From contig MU054323.1 in assembly GCA_013239625.1 (NCBI GenBank), forward strand, positions 11,181,815 through 11,245,814: DNA of 64,000 nt, in the 5' to 3' direction. This DNA is from Lama guanicoe (lineage: Eukaryota). Position numbers and translations under genes: made by a program. The notes under the pieces are model-generated. The model was not told the DNA's origin, searched no databases, and worked only from the letters and a program-made list of their open reading frames with translations. How positions within the stretch are numbered: position 1 is the first letter of the stretch; each line of letters opens with the position of its first letter. Shown in pieces: positions 25,604 to 37,410 of the stretch.

Positions 25604-26042
25604 TGTGTTAGGGTCCCAGGGCTGCCATAACAAATTTCCACAAACTGGCTGCCTTAAGACAACAGAATGTATTCTGTCACAGTTCTAGGGACTAGAAGTC
25701 CACCATCAGGGTATCTCGCAGGGCTGTGTACCCTCCAAAGGCTCAGGAAGGAAATCCTCCTTTGTTCTCACAGCTCCTGATGGCTCCTGGCATCCCTTGG
25801 CCTGGGTGATAACCCTGATTTCTCTTCTCTGTCTTCACATGGCGTTCCTCTCCATGTGTCCTTGTGTCTCAAGTCTTCCCCTCCTTTCTTTTATAAGGAC
25901 ACTATCATTGGACATAGGGCCCACCCTTGAGATCTTTAATTAAATCTGCAAAGACCCTATTTCCAAGTGAGGCCACATTCATAGGTACCAGGAGTTAGGA
26001 CTTAGACCTCTCTTTTGAGGGGACTCAATTCAACCCACTATG
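25604..26042 (-). mobile_element. MaLR solo LTR (MLT1C-like)
   Basis: AGGGCTGCCATAACAAATTTCCACAAACTGG...TCACAGTTCTAGG...ATCTGCAAAGACCCTATTTCCAA...ATTCAACCCACTA gives a near-complete MLT1 layout. Confidence 0.85.
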
Positions 26043-26609
26043 CTTGCTCTGGGGCTACTTTAATATTCTGGCTTGTTAGTCTTGTGGCTTTCAAAATGCT
26101 AAAGAGGAAGGTTTAGAGGCAAGTAAAAAAGGATTGCAGGGGACAAGGCAGTGGGAAAATAATACACTGCATAAGGCAGGAAAGGCTTCCGTTTGGAGTA
26201 TCTTGCTCCCCTCCTGCTCATTTCTCGCCCCTTCCCACTCCAGACTCTTCTCTTCTGGATGAGAAAGAACAAGATGTCTCCTTCCTCACACATCCAGCGG
26301 GGCTGGCTAGGGAACGTTTAACAAGCTGTCAGCCTCGGAGCTTAGCCGTCCCACCCTGGAAACAGACATCTGTCTGCCTGTGTTTGCCGAGCCCTGGGCC
26401 ACGCCCCTCACCGTGCCCCTCCCTGTGGCGGGATAATGTGGCACCTTGACCCAACATAGTCCTGTGGTTTAGAAGCAGGTGAGCACATGCTGGAACGCTT
26501 CTTAATGTCTTGGGATGGAGTGGGTAAAAGTTACAAACCAGAAATGGGATATTTTGGGTTGTTTTCCCAATCCCGGCTCCCAGTTCTCAGCAGGGAGGGA
26601 GAGGTGATG

Positions 26610-26830
26610 GCTAGAGATGAGACTCCGGGGTTGGGGTCCAAATGCCTGGGCTCGAATCCCAGCAGCAAATTCTTGCCACTGAACAACCTCAGGCAGAGGA
26701 GGGAGCCTCACCTCTCTGAGTCTCTCATCTGTAGAAAGGTACTTGCCTCACACAAATGCAAGGCTTGAATCAGGTGATGCATGTAAAACACAGGGCCTGG
26801 CACAGAGTAGGTGCTCAGTTAAACAGCGGC
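26610..26830 (+). mobile_element. MIR SINE
   Basis: CCTGGGCTCGAATCCCAGC...CTCTCTGAGTCTCTCATCTGTAGAA...CAGGGCCTGGCACAGAGTAGGTGCTCAGT. Confidence 0.75.
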
Positions 26831-28430
26831 TGCCAGTTAAAAGAAAAATCATCCTAATGGTATTGATTAAAAAATGCATAAAAGCTCCCAGTGGCCTTGT
26901 TCAATGAGGCACTCCCAGAAACAAAGTTTTCAAAGTTTAAAAAGAGGTTGGCATTAGGAAGCACATCAGTTCCGCAGCCGCTGAAGTGCTGACGAGGCAG
27001 CAAGCTCCCTCTCCTTCCAGGTTTGCAGGAGCACTGAGGGTCCACGTCCCAGCCAAGAGATAAACACAGCGGACTGGAGGTGGACATTGCTCTCTGAAAT
27101 GCCTGGCCCCAGCCCAGCTGGGACGAGCATTCCGCTTCCAGCATTCCAAGAGGCGACAGTCCCAAAAGATAATGAAAATTCAGTTTGCAGTGACACCAAG
27201 AGACAGGCGCTGAGTATGGAGCAGACGGGCCAGCTCAGGCTGTAATTAAGCCCAGTCCCCTTTGCATGGTGTAAAGGACAGTTGTCAGTTTGGTAGCTGT
27301 CAACTTTGAACGGAGTGTGTGCCTCTTGATGACTTGTTGGCCAAGGGGGTCAGAGGCTCTCCAAGATCAATTTTTAGAAGTCTGGTGGAATGTTTGACAA
27401 ACTCCTTGCCCTTCACCTCGTTTTACCCTGCAACTCCATGAAGATTCCAGAAAGTCTTGGTTTTAATGATTTCTCACATGAGCCCCGTGACACAGGTCAT
27501 ATATTCACTCTCCCTTCCATCACTGGAAAAATCGAGGGGCAGAGAAACTTGCAGGTGACACACTGTGTCAGAGGCCCAGTGGTCCAGAACCTCCCAGATT
27601 TGTGCATCTGGTTATATCAGCCCACCACACCTCACCACATACCAGTCTCCGAGACCAGATGGAGAGATGACTTAGGTCTAGGCCAGAGACCAGGAATGAG
27701 GATGTGATTTGCTTCCACCTCTGGGACCATCCAGGGAGGAGGCTGCCGGAGATGACCACGGCTGCTGCGGGCAGAGCACTGGCTGTGCTGACCTGCATGG
27801 GGGTCAGAAGGTGGCCAGCATAGGGCCTGGATCTGGTCAAGGTGAAGTTTTCCTTCTCATCTGCCTTTTCAATGTCATTGTTTCCAGTTATTGTCCCTAA
27901 TACTGGGTCTTCCATAGACTCCTAGGCAGAATGAGCCCCACTCAGAGCCCTGTTTTCGGCACCGACTAATCCTCTCTCCTCCCTGCCACTCCCATCACTG
28001 GCAGTCAGAACACAAGCTGCCATGATTGCACAATGGGGCGTTGTCTTTGTGTTCATATTTGATTGGTCCAGATGTAGAACATGACCCAAGACAGAAATCG
28101 AGTTAAGAGAGGACTTATTTTCTCTCCAGGTGTTCCTATCACAAGTAAAACTTGGAAGCTGTAGACAGTCATCTTCTGCCATGTATTTTGGGAACAGAGA
28201 AAAATATAGTGAGAATAAAGTCAAATCATCCTAAACTCTAACCCCAGCTCAGCTACTTACTAGCTAGTAGCTGTGTGTCTTTAGGCAAATTAATTAGCCT
28301 CTCAGAGCCTGATAAATAAGAAAACTGATACCTATCACTGAGGGTTGCTGAGACGCTTAAATAATGATAACATGTATCAGGAGCCAAAGACTGAGAGGTG
28401 ATCAGTAAGTAGTGATCTTCCTTACCACTT

Positions 28431-28482
28431 CCTTCCTTAGCTTCCAAGATGAGGCGAGATCAGGGCAGCCCTGGTGATGTCC
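28431..28482 (-). pseudogene. 5S rRNA-derived fragment (5' ~60 nt of 5S)
   Basis: 28436-28461 CTTAGCTTCCAAGATGAGGCGAGATC matches the reverse complement of mammalian 5S rRNA (CTTAGCTTCCGAGATCAGACGAGATC) at 23/26. Weaker similarity extends on both sides. Confidence 0.7.
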
Positions 28483-29359
28483 TAATCCACTGTCTACACA
28501 CAGGCAGGGAGCCTGATAGAGGCCAACACAGGCTTTGCCAAGTCAGAAATTTTTTTAACCATGTGAACATACTTATATGAAGGTTTTCACGCAATTCAGC
28601 TGCAGAAATATTTATTAAGGAACACAAAGGTGAATTAAATGAGTTATATTCTCACAGAAGCTGCATGAGGCACACACAAATTCTACAGCAGTTGGCAGGG
28701 CCCGTGCTCCAGATATGCAACGGGATGAGCCTGGGGCTTCACTGGCCCATGGGGACCCTTCTGGACTGGATCAGGAGGGACTTGCGTCACACGTCCTCTG
28801 CTGGAGTGCGTTGTGCTGTTACTAGCAGGCAAAGCTACATGACTCGTCTGCAATCACTGGAGGAGAGCTGTTGCCGCTCAGCCCCTCTGATGCCCTGAAA
28901 GCAGGGGAGGAACAGTAGACTGTGCTAGAGACAAGAGGTCAGGTAAAGTCTCGTAAGCAGAGATGGCAGCGCCATCGTGCTGGGAGGAGAGAGCTCTGTG
29001 GGCAGCAGTCAGCGGGGCGGGCGCAGCAAGGGTGTCAGCCTACACGTGGAGGCAGGCCAGAATCGTATTCTATTATTTTTAATGATGACTGATACATACA
29101 ATTTGTTCCTATCATGGGTGAGGCCTTGCACTACATGTTTTCTCTCCACAGTCTTATTTAATTCTCAGACAACCCTATGGAGCAGGTACTATTTCTATCT
29201 AAACTTTATAGATGAGAACATGAATGTTCAGGGAGGTAGACACTTGTTCAAGGTCATATTGCTGCTAAGTGGTGAGGCCAGGGTCCTAACCCGGACCACT
29301 TTAAGTCCAGAGTCCCCAAGCCACCATTTCTGCTTCCAATATTGAAGCTGGAAAAAGCC

Positions 29360-29512
29360 CTCTGGGACTCAGTGTGTGGTCATTGGCCAGTAGTATTGGC
29401 ATCACCTGGGAGCCTGGGAGAAGAATAGAATCTCAGACCCTACCCCAGACCTGCTGAATTCGAATCTACATTTTAACAAGAGTCCACACATTTCTCATTT
29501 GAGAAGCCCGGC
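29360..29512. mobile_element. MER5A-like hAT-Charlie MITE
   Basis: GGCATCACCTGGGAGC...AGAATCTCAGACCCTACCCCAGACCTGCTGAATTCGAATCTACATTTTAACAAGA...TTTGAGAAGC. Confidence 0.85.
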
Positions 29513-32500
29513 TCCAGATCGCACGTGGTTTTCTTCAATCACTGGTGCTCCAGGATGTGAATAGGAATGAGTAGGTTTCACAGTTGCATGAATTTAGAAA
29601 AAAGTGAGTTAAACAGAGCCAGATCAGCCCCTTTGTTCCTGGATCTCTGTGTCTTTAACAGGCTGATGTAGATACTACGATGTGCTGATTAGGGGTGGAG
29701 TTTACATTATTCCTCAAACTTATTTGACCCTTGAGACTTTTTTTTGAGAAGCAGCTTGCCAAACTAGTGTACTAAGTAATTCACTTTGGGGAATGACTGG
29801 TTCAGACCAACTGCCTTCGAGCGTAGCTGTGTAAATGAGGTCCAGAGAGGCTGTGAGTTTGCCCGAGGTGCAGCCCGCTGGTGCCTGAGGCTTGCAAGCT
29901 TGGGGACCACGCTCTTCCCAAGGTTCTGGGTTGGGAGACCCAGAGATTTCACTCTGATCCTGACCGGTTCGCCTCCTCAGCTCTTTTTTTCAGTTTTGAG
30001 GGAAGAATGACGCTCTGTGATCAATCCGGGCAGGAAGATGAAGTCAAACAGTTTAACCTGTGTCTGAGCACCTCTCAAGAGGCAATACCCTGGCCCGAGA
30101 CCCCAGAGCTAACAAGTGGAAGGCACAGGAGGGAACGCAGGTGTATCTGATCCCAGGGCTAAAAGGTCCTGCACCCACCCGCCTGGAGGCGGAGATCTTT
30201 CTCGCCTGGGTCCACACCAGGCAGAGCTGGGCCTGCAGACTTTGCGAAGAGTGAGTTCTGAAGGAGCCAGGTCTCCCCCGAGCAAGCCTTGGAAAGCTCA
30301 ACCACAGGGACCCCCAAACGGTGAGTCACAACCCGAAACTTGGGAGAAAAAAAGGGGGGAGGGCAGGCAAGCTTTTCTGGGCATCTAGAAAGGGGCATGG
30401 ACTGAGGAGGTGCCTCCCACCTGCCTGACCTGCTCTGGGCCTCAAAGAGGCAGCTCCCCCAGCTTCTGCTGAAAGTCAAGCGGCTGGATAGGGCAGGCCC
30501 TGCGCCTGGGCATCTCAGGGAGAAGGCCAGTGAGGGTGCTAAGGTCACAGAGACAACCCCCTAATCAGCCCAAAACAAAGATAAGGTTTATATAGTTTGT
30601 CTCCCCTGGGTGCTTCTGCCTGCCTTCCGTCTGGACCTTCTCCGGGTTTCCCTTGATTGGGACACCCAGGACTCTTCTGTGTGATCCTTTGAACCCAGAC
30701 CTCACAGTTACAGAGTGAGTGGAAGTCATTCCTCTTGGCCACAGTCGCTGGAGGAAGAAGGAAGGGAGTCAAAGCGCCGGACCCCTGCCAGGCCCCGTGC
30801 TCGACGCTCAGCCCCGTTCTCTCCTTCTCCCGGCAGACCTGTGAGAAGCACTGTTTTCCTGCTCGTTTTAGAGATCAGAAACTGAGGCACAAGAAGCTTA
30901 AGCAGTCAGCCTGAGGTCACCAAGTGAGAGGGTGGAGGTGTGAGCCCACAGCTTTTGGACTCTAATACCCTCTTAGGCAGGAGGATTTTTAGTGCGGGAA
31001 CCAGACCCAGGGAGAGGAAATAAAGTGGGGGCCAGTGGTGTCCACACTTCCACAAGGGGCAGCCCAGGTCTGGCCTTGACACTCAGGCCCCTCAGCCCAC
31101 CAGCCAAACCATGGAAGGAGAGACACTCAGACCACAGCCCACACTGATTCAGTCTCAACCCCAGGAGGAGCCCGGGCAGCCACCAATTAAAGCCTTGCAG
31201 GTGATTTCAACATACAGTCTGGGTTGAGAACCAAACTCCTGGCTTTATAGATGGGAACACTGAGCCCAGGGAAGGGACGCAGCCTTCCCAAGGCCATGCA
31301 ACCCCCAACCCCAGTAAGAACCCCAACCAAGTTCTCATTCTTCATCAGCCAGCCTGGCATTCAGGACCACCTCTCCCACTGACTAGCTGCACAACCTTGA
31401 GTCATTTAACCTCACGATGAAAGATGTAAATGTGTTTAAAACTCTTTCAATAGCATAAGAGTTCCAGAAACACTGGTGTTTTCCCTACCCAACCCCCACC
31501 CCACGTTCAGCCCACTGACTGTATGACGATGGACAGCAAAGATTCTGAACAAGAGTGGGATTGTGAAACTGACCATCCTTGAGCCTTAAGGACAGGGCAT
31601 GACTTGGGGTGGCCCGTGGGGTGTTGCCTGCCCAGAGGAGTCCTGGGGAAGAACCAGGATGTCATTCCAGTCACCTGTGAGGGGTGCCTGGCAGGTGGGG
31701 AGGGAGAGGTGGGGGTACGGGGATGAGGTCTCTGCTACTGAACTGGAAAGGCAGCTGTCCTGCCAGGAAATGCAGGTAGTGCCACCAGGTGGACAGTGAG
31801 GCTTGGTCTAAGAGTCCTGGCAAGGTGCTCTACAGATAGGGACAGCGGAAAGGCAGGTTCATCACGTGCTTCCCCTCCTGTGCGGGCCTTTCCTCTGTAA
31901 ATAAACCATTGATTAAAACCCTAGTATAAATATCCTAAACTGTTGAACAGTGTTTTTCCCCAGCACAGTGGAGTTAACGGGGAAACTTTCACTTTCCTGG
32001 TCATCTGTGTCCTTGACACTTAGCTTTTTCGTAACAACCACTGTACTACTTTTGTCATAAAAAATAATGAATTTTAAAACGCTGGTATAAATATTTGCAG
32101 AATACCAGTTACCTATGCTTTCAAATGGACTTTCAGGGAACCTCAGTCTTTTGGAGAAAGATTTTCAAATTATTGCAACCACAACACAATTCGGTGCCGT
32201 CTCCCTTACCTTGGCTGTTTTAAATGACAGCCTCCTTTGTCCTGGGGCTACCCTTCACTCTCCCAATGGGAGCCTTTCCCACCCAATCAGCTTTTCCCTG
32301 CCTTCCTCCCCACGCTACACAGTCACGGCATCCTTCCTCTACAGCAGGAGGATGTCCTCCTCCCCAAGGGATGTTAATTGCCCCTTGACAAAAAGATAAC
32401 TCTCAGTGCAGGAGAGGGTAGAAGGAAGAGGCTCTAAAAGTCTCATTGTGCTGGAGAAACCTCATTGTTTTGTACCAGAAAGTGACCCGAAGCCTGACTG

Positions 32501-34880
32501 CTCCCAGATGTGGTATAGTGAGGAAACAGCCACAGGGCGCACTTCCAAATGAGAAACTTTCTGAAAAGCAGAGCAAAGGTGGCGCAGGTGCACAGGGTTC
32601 CAGCCCCTGGGGCACCCCTCCGGCTCCTTGGTGGTGTTTGCCCCGATCCTGCTGCTTCGCCAACTGGACACACTCAGACCTGGGAGTGCTCGGCAGAATC
32701 ACACGGTGTGACCCTTAGCTTAGGGGGAGTCGTGGGGGCACAGGTCAGCGCTGTCCATTTAGTAAGCACGTGCCCTGGGTGCCAGAAGATATGTGTCTGC
32801 CTGAATTGTGCTTGAGCACGAGTTCAATGCTGAAAGTACCCACGTTGCACAAAATACAGGTACCAGGTGTGGCAGAGTGTGAGCCTGTGGGGATAGGCTG
32901 GGCCACACAGGTAGGGGAACAGGGCAGGACAGATGGGGACCCCAGACAATGAAAAGGAAATCTGCATCCTCAGTGTCTTCTGTTTGTATCTAATAAAGGC
33001 TTTCAGGAAAGGCGAGAGCTCCCTATGAAAAGAGGAAGCGGTCTAGACTGGGGGTGATGGTGGAGTGGGGGAGGCCAGGATAATCATGGACCGCCATCCT
33101 TCTGGGTGGCCATGGGGTCTGCCTACATATTTTGATGTCTAATGTATCAGGGAAAGACTCCTATTAACTAAAATAAACTGTTTCTCTGTGAAATGATGGC
33201 ATTGGAAGGACTGATCTTCAAACTCTTTTTAAGTACAGTCTGGTGTCTCTGGATACCCTGAGCCCGAGAACCACTGTATCTGTACACGCACGTGTGCACA
33301 CACACACGCTCACAGGGATGCACAGTCACTCACACAGGCACACGCATGTCTTTCCCAGGCTCAAGTCAGAAGCTGATGTTTGTGGAAAACCACGGGCTTG
33401 TGCTTCAGGCTCGGGCACATCTTTGCTGTGGCTGTTGGGGTGAGGAGAGGACTAAGACAGGGCTGCTCTCTGCTCTGGTCGCTCTGCATCATCCCAGCTT
33501 CAAGGTGGATGATCAGACTAAGGAGAATGCAACAAAAAGGGGGCTGGGGATCCGCCTTGCGCCAAGCCAGGAGACAGCAGTGCAGGGCCTCGGCTTTCCT
33601 CATACCCAGGTGAAGCCTACAGAGGACAAAATGCTGGGCTCAGCCCAGGAAGGCCCTAAAAGACCGGCCGGTGCCTGAGTCACACCTTCGTGCTTGGGGT
33701 AAAGCCGGGGGCCTCTGGGATGATACTTCGTCATCTTCCCACCGCTCTCCTGACCCAGGACCAAGCAGGGTAGCTCCTGAGGGCAGCAACACTGAATCAC
33801 TAAGTGATTCATCCATTCATCTCACAGCTATTCCTGAAGCAGACATATATCCTGCTTTGAGGGGCTCAGAACTTCCTCCCCCACCATGCTTCCTATACTG
33901 CTGACTTCCCAGCAGGGTGAAGGGGGCCTTTTCCTGGGATCTGAGCAGGCTGTGGGGAGGCCTCAGTCTCGCAAAGTCCAGTGGAGGGCAAGGTTTGCAG
34001 CCTATGGGGTTTGAGGGTCTCCCAAGCCTTGGAGGAGGGAACACGCTCCTTTCCTCTGTGCCCCCCACAGCTTGTTTCCCCCTGGTGCCGTCCCAGCCGA
34101 GGTCAGGCTGGACCTGGATGTCCCAGCCTCGTGCACCCCAGCACCCAGACGGCAAGTCAGATGCGCACAGATGCTTCAGCACAGGTGTTAGCTGCTAGTT
34201 AGACCCCCACACAGAGGAAATGATTATAATCCTGGTTCGGGGAATCGAGGGAGACTTTGTGAAGGAGGGAAGAGGGAAACTGGGCCCCAGAGATGGCTGG
34301 AAAATTGACAGGAGGCTGTGGGAACATTGTCAGCAAAAGCTCAGAGGCAAGAAGAAAGGAGGCCGAATGCATTTTGATAGAGGCCTCAGAGGTGCCCTGA
34401 CGCCGAGCCAATAACCCCCCTGTGTATGTGGCTGAAGGCACCTGAGTTTTCAAATCCAAAATATCTGGCCACATACTAAACATGTGACTTTAGGTAACTC
34501 AGTTAACCCCTCTAGTCTTCAGTTTTCTCATCTGCAAAACTGAGATATAACTGCTTACCATTCGCATCTCACAGGGTTGTCTGAGCTTCGAAAACATTAT
34601 CATGTAAACAACTCGCTAGTGCCTGCTTAGCACATGGCAGACAGAGAGAACTGTCTCCTCCTGTTCCTTTTCCTTTCTCCTTTTGGCCTCCATTTTTCCT
34701 TCCCTAAAATGATGAGAAGCTGCTCTGTCCCCACCCCAGTGCCATTCTCTCAGGGCACTGGTGGGTTACTGAGAGATCCCCACTCCTCAGAAGCAAGCGA
34801 CACGGGGTTATGGGGGAAATGGGCGCAGGCTAGGTTGGCATTAAATGTACATGCGATTTTCCCAATTAAAGGTACCTGTA

Positions 34881-36204
34881 ATTTCCTTAATTAATGTTTG
34901 GTAGTTCTCCATGTATAAGTCTTTCACCTCTTTGGTCAGATTTATTCCTAAGTATTTTATTGTTTTGGATGCAATTTTAAAAGAGATTGTTTCTTTACCT
35001 TTTTTTCCTACTAATTCATTATTAGTGTAAAGAAATGCAACTGATTTCTGTGTGCTAATCTTGTATCCCACTACCTTGCTGAATTCTTTTATCAGCTCTA
35101 GTAGTTTTTGTGTGGATCTTTTAGGGTTTTCTATATATAGTATCATGTCATCCACATATAGTGACAATTTTACCTCTTCTCCTCGAATTTGGATCCCTTT
35201 TATTTATTTTTTCTTGCCTGATGGCTGTGGTTAAGGACTTCCAAGACTATGTTTAATAGAAGTGGTGAGAGTGGGCATCCTTGTCTTGTTTCAGACTTTA
35301 GTGGGAAGGCTTTCCGTTTTTCACCATTGAGTATTATGCTGGCTGTAGGTTTGTCATAAATAGCTTTTACTATGTTGAGATATGTTCCCTCTATACCCAC
35401 TTTAGTAAGAGTTTTTGTCATAAACGGGTGTTGAATTTTATCAAATGCTTTTTCAGCATCTATTGAGATGATCATGTGGTTTTTGTCCTTTCTTTTGTGG
35501 ATGTGGTGTATCACATTGATTGATTTGCATATGTTGAACCATCCTTGTGTCCCTGGGATAAATCCAACTTGATCATGGTGTATGATCTTTTTTCTGCACT
35601 GCTGGATTCTGTTTACTAATATTTTGTTAAGGATCACAGCAGCACCATATACAACAGCCAAGACATGGAAGCAACCTAAATGCCCAACAACAGATGACTG
35701 TATAAAAAAGTTGTGGTATATTTATACAATGGAATACTACTCAGCCATAAAAAAGAATAAAATAATGCCATTTGCAGCAACATGGATGGACCTAGAAATT
35801 GTCATTCTAAGTGTAGTAAGCCAGAAAGAGAAAGAAAAATACCATATGATTATCACTTGTATGCAGAATCTAAAAAACAAGAAAAAAAGGACACTATGGA
35901 CTCATCTACAAAACAGAAACAGACTTGCAGACAGTAAACAATCTCATGGTTACCAGGGAAAGGGGGTGGGAAGGGATAAATTTGGGAGTTTGAGATTTGC
36001 AAATGTTAGCCACTATATATAAAAATAGATTAAAGAAAACAAATTTCTTCTGTATAGCACAGAGAACTATATTCAACATCTTATAATAATCTTTAATGAA
36101 AAAATATGAAAACAAATACATGTATGTATATGTATGACTGGGACGTTGTGCTGTACACCAGAAATTGACACATTATAACTGACTGTACTTCAATTAAAAA
36201 AAAA
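34881..36204 (+). mobile_element. Lineage-young L1, 5'-inverted (twin-primed): ORF2 RT segment on minus (34881-35634), then ORF2 C-terminus, 3'UTR and poly(A) on plus
   Basis: Minus ORFs give [12 protein letters not shown]...[10 protein letters not shown]...[13 protein letters not shown]...[10 protein letters not shown] and, after a frameshift, [15 protein letters not shown]...[15 protein letters not shown]. The plus ORF gives [11 protein letters not shown]...YTMEYYSAIKK. TSD AAAGGTACCTGTA (34868-34880) / AAAGGTGCCTGTA (36205-36217) at a TT/AAAG endonuclease site. Confidence 0.95.
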
Positions 36205-37116
36205 AAAGGTGCCTGTAGAGCATATCAGGAGGTGAAGCTTTAGTGGAGAGCTAGGGATGGAGCTAGGAGCAGCAGGGACAGGGAGGGAAGGGAGAAAAGA
36301 GAGCCAAGTTGTTTTTCACTTGCAGAACTTCCAGCTCCAGCCAAATAACATCTTTAAATACTATTGACATGACAAAGCTAAGCTTTTTGGCTCGGGCTTG
36401 AATTTTTTCTGTTCTTTTTTTAAATCCCAAATTGAAGAATGTGTCTCCTTTAGAACTGGGTCTGTCAGCCCAGTTCTCTGCCCAGGAGGGTCCAGCTCAG
36501 AACTAATCCAATTTGCCAGGGTCAAGGAGTGATGACCTCGGCTCCGGTGACGCACACTTGTGGGGAGGACACTGAAAGCTGCAGAAGGCCGGGGTGGCGG
36601 TTCTCGCAGTGGAAAGCGAGACACCCTCTCCTGCCACTCCTACTTCTGTTCTTCACTCCTGTGTGTGTGCAGGCTGGGGTGCCGTGTGTCTGCTGGGGGG
36701 TCGTGCTCCTAACGGGGAAGCATTTCCACATCTGCCTGCAGCTAGAATGGCAGGAAATCAAGAGCAATGGAGAAATCAGGCAGTCACTCCAGTTCTTCAG
36801 GTTTGAAACTACTTCCATCTAAAAACACCAGATAATTGAGGTGGGAGTGGGTGGTCCATTCTGCTCGAATTACCCATATAACTGCCTGAATTTTCCCCGT
36901 TCCACTTTCTGTGTATAAGACACAGCATTAATATCCAGATCAAGAAACACAGATCTTAAATAAGGTACATTAATAAAGTTGCCGAGCCCAGTCTCTCCAT
37001 GGGTGGCATGTTTAGTCATTTAGTCAACAAACATTTCTCATGCAACAAGTATTTACTGTGCCAGACACTGGACTACGTGTTGTGGATACAATCAGGACTA
37101 AATAAACATGGTCTTT

Positions 37117-37410
37117 TTTTTTTAAGATTTTTTTTATTTGAGGTATAGTCAGTTTACAGTGTTGTGTCAATTTCTAGTGCACAGCATAACATTTCAGTCA
37201 CACATATACATGCGTATATTCCTTTTCATATTCTTTTTCATTGTAGGTTGCTACAAGATATTGAATATAGCTCCCTGTGCTACACAGAAGAAACTTATTG
37301 TTTATCTATTTTATATATGGCACTTAGCATCTGCAAATCTTGAACCCTCAGTTTATCCTCTTCCACCCCCTTTCCCCCTGGTAACCATAAGTTTGTTCTC
37401 TATGTCTGGC
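37117..37410 (-). mobile_element. Lineage-young L1 3'UTR with TSD, nested in an L2
   Basis: Poly(T) then TTGAGGTATAGTCAGTTTACAGTGTTGTGTCAATTTCTAGTG...GGTAACCATAAGTTTGTTCTCTATGTCTG. TSD AAACATGGTCTTT (37104-37116) / AAAGATGGTCTTT (37411-37423). Confidence 0.9.

Noticed and set aside
35200..36022. Chimeric ORFs crossing the L1 inversion junction
   Set aside because: Artefact of joining antisense and sense L1 ORF2, not host genes.
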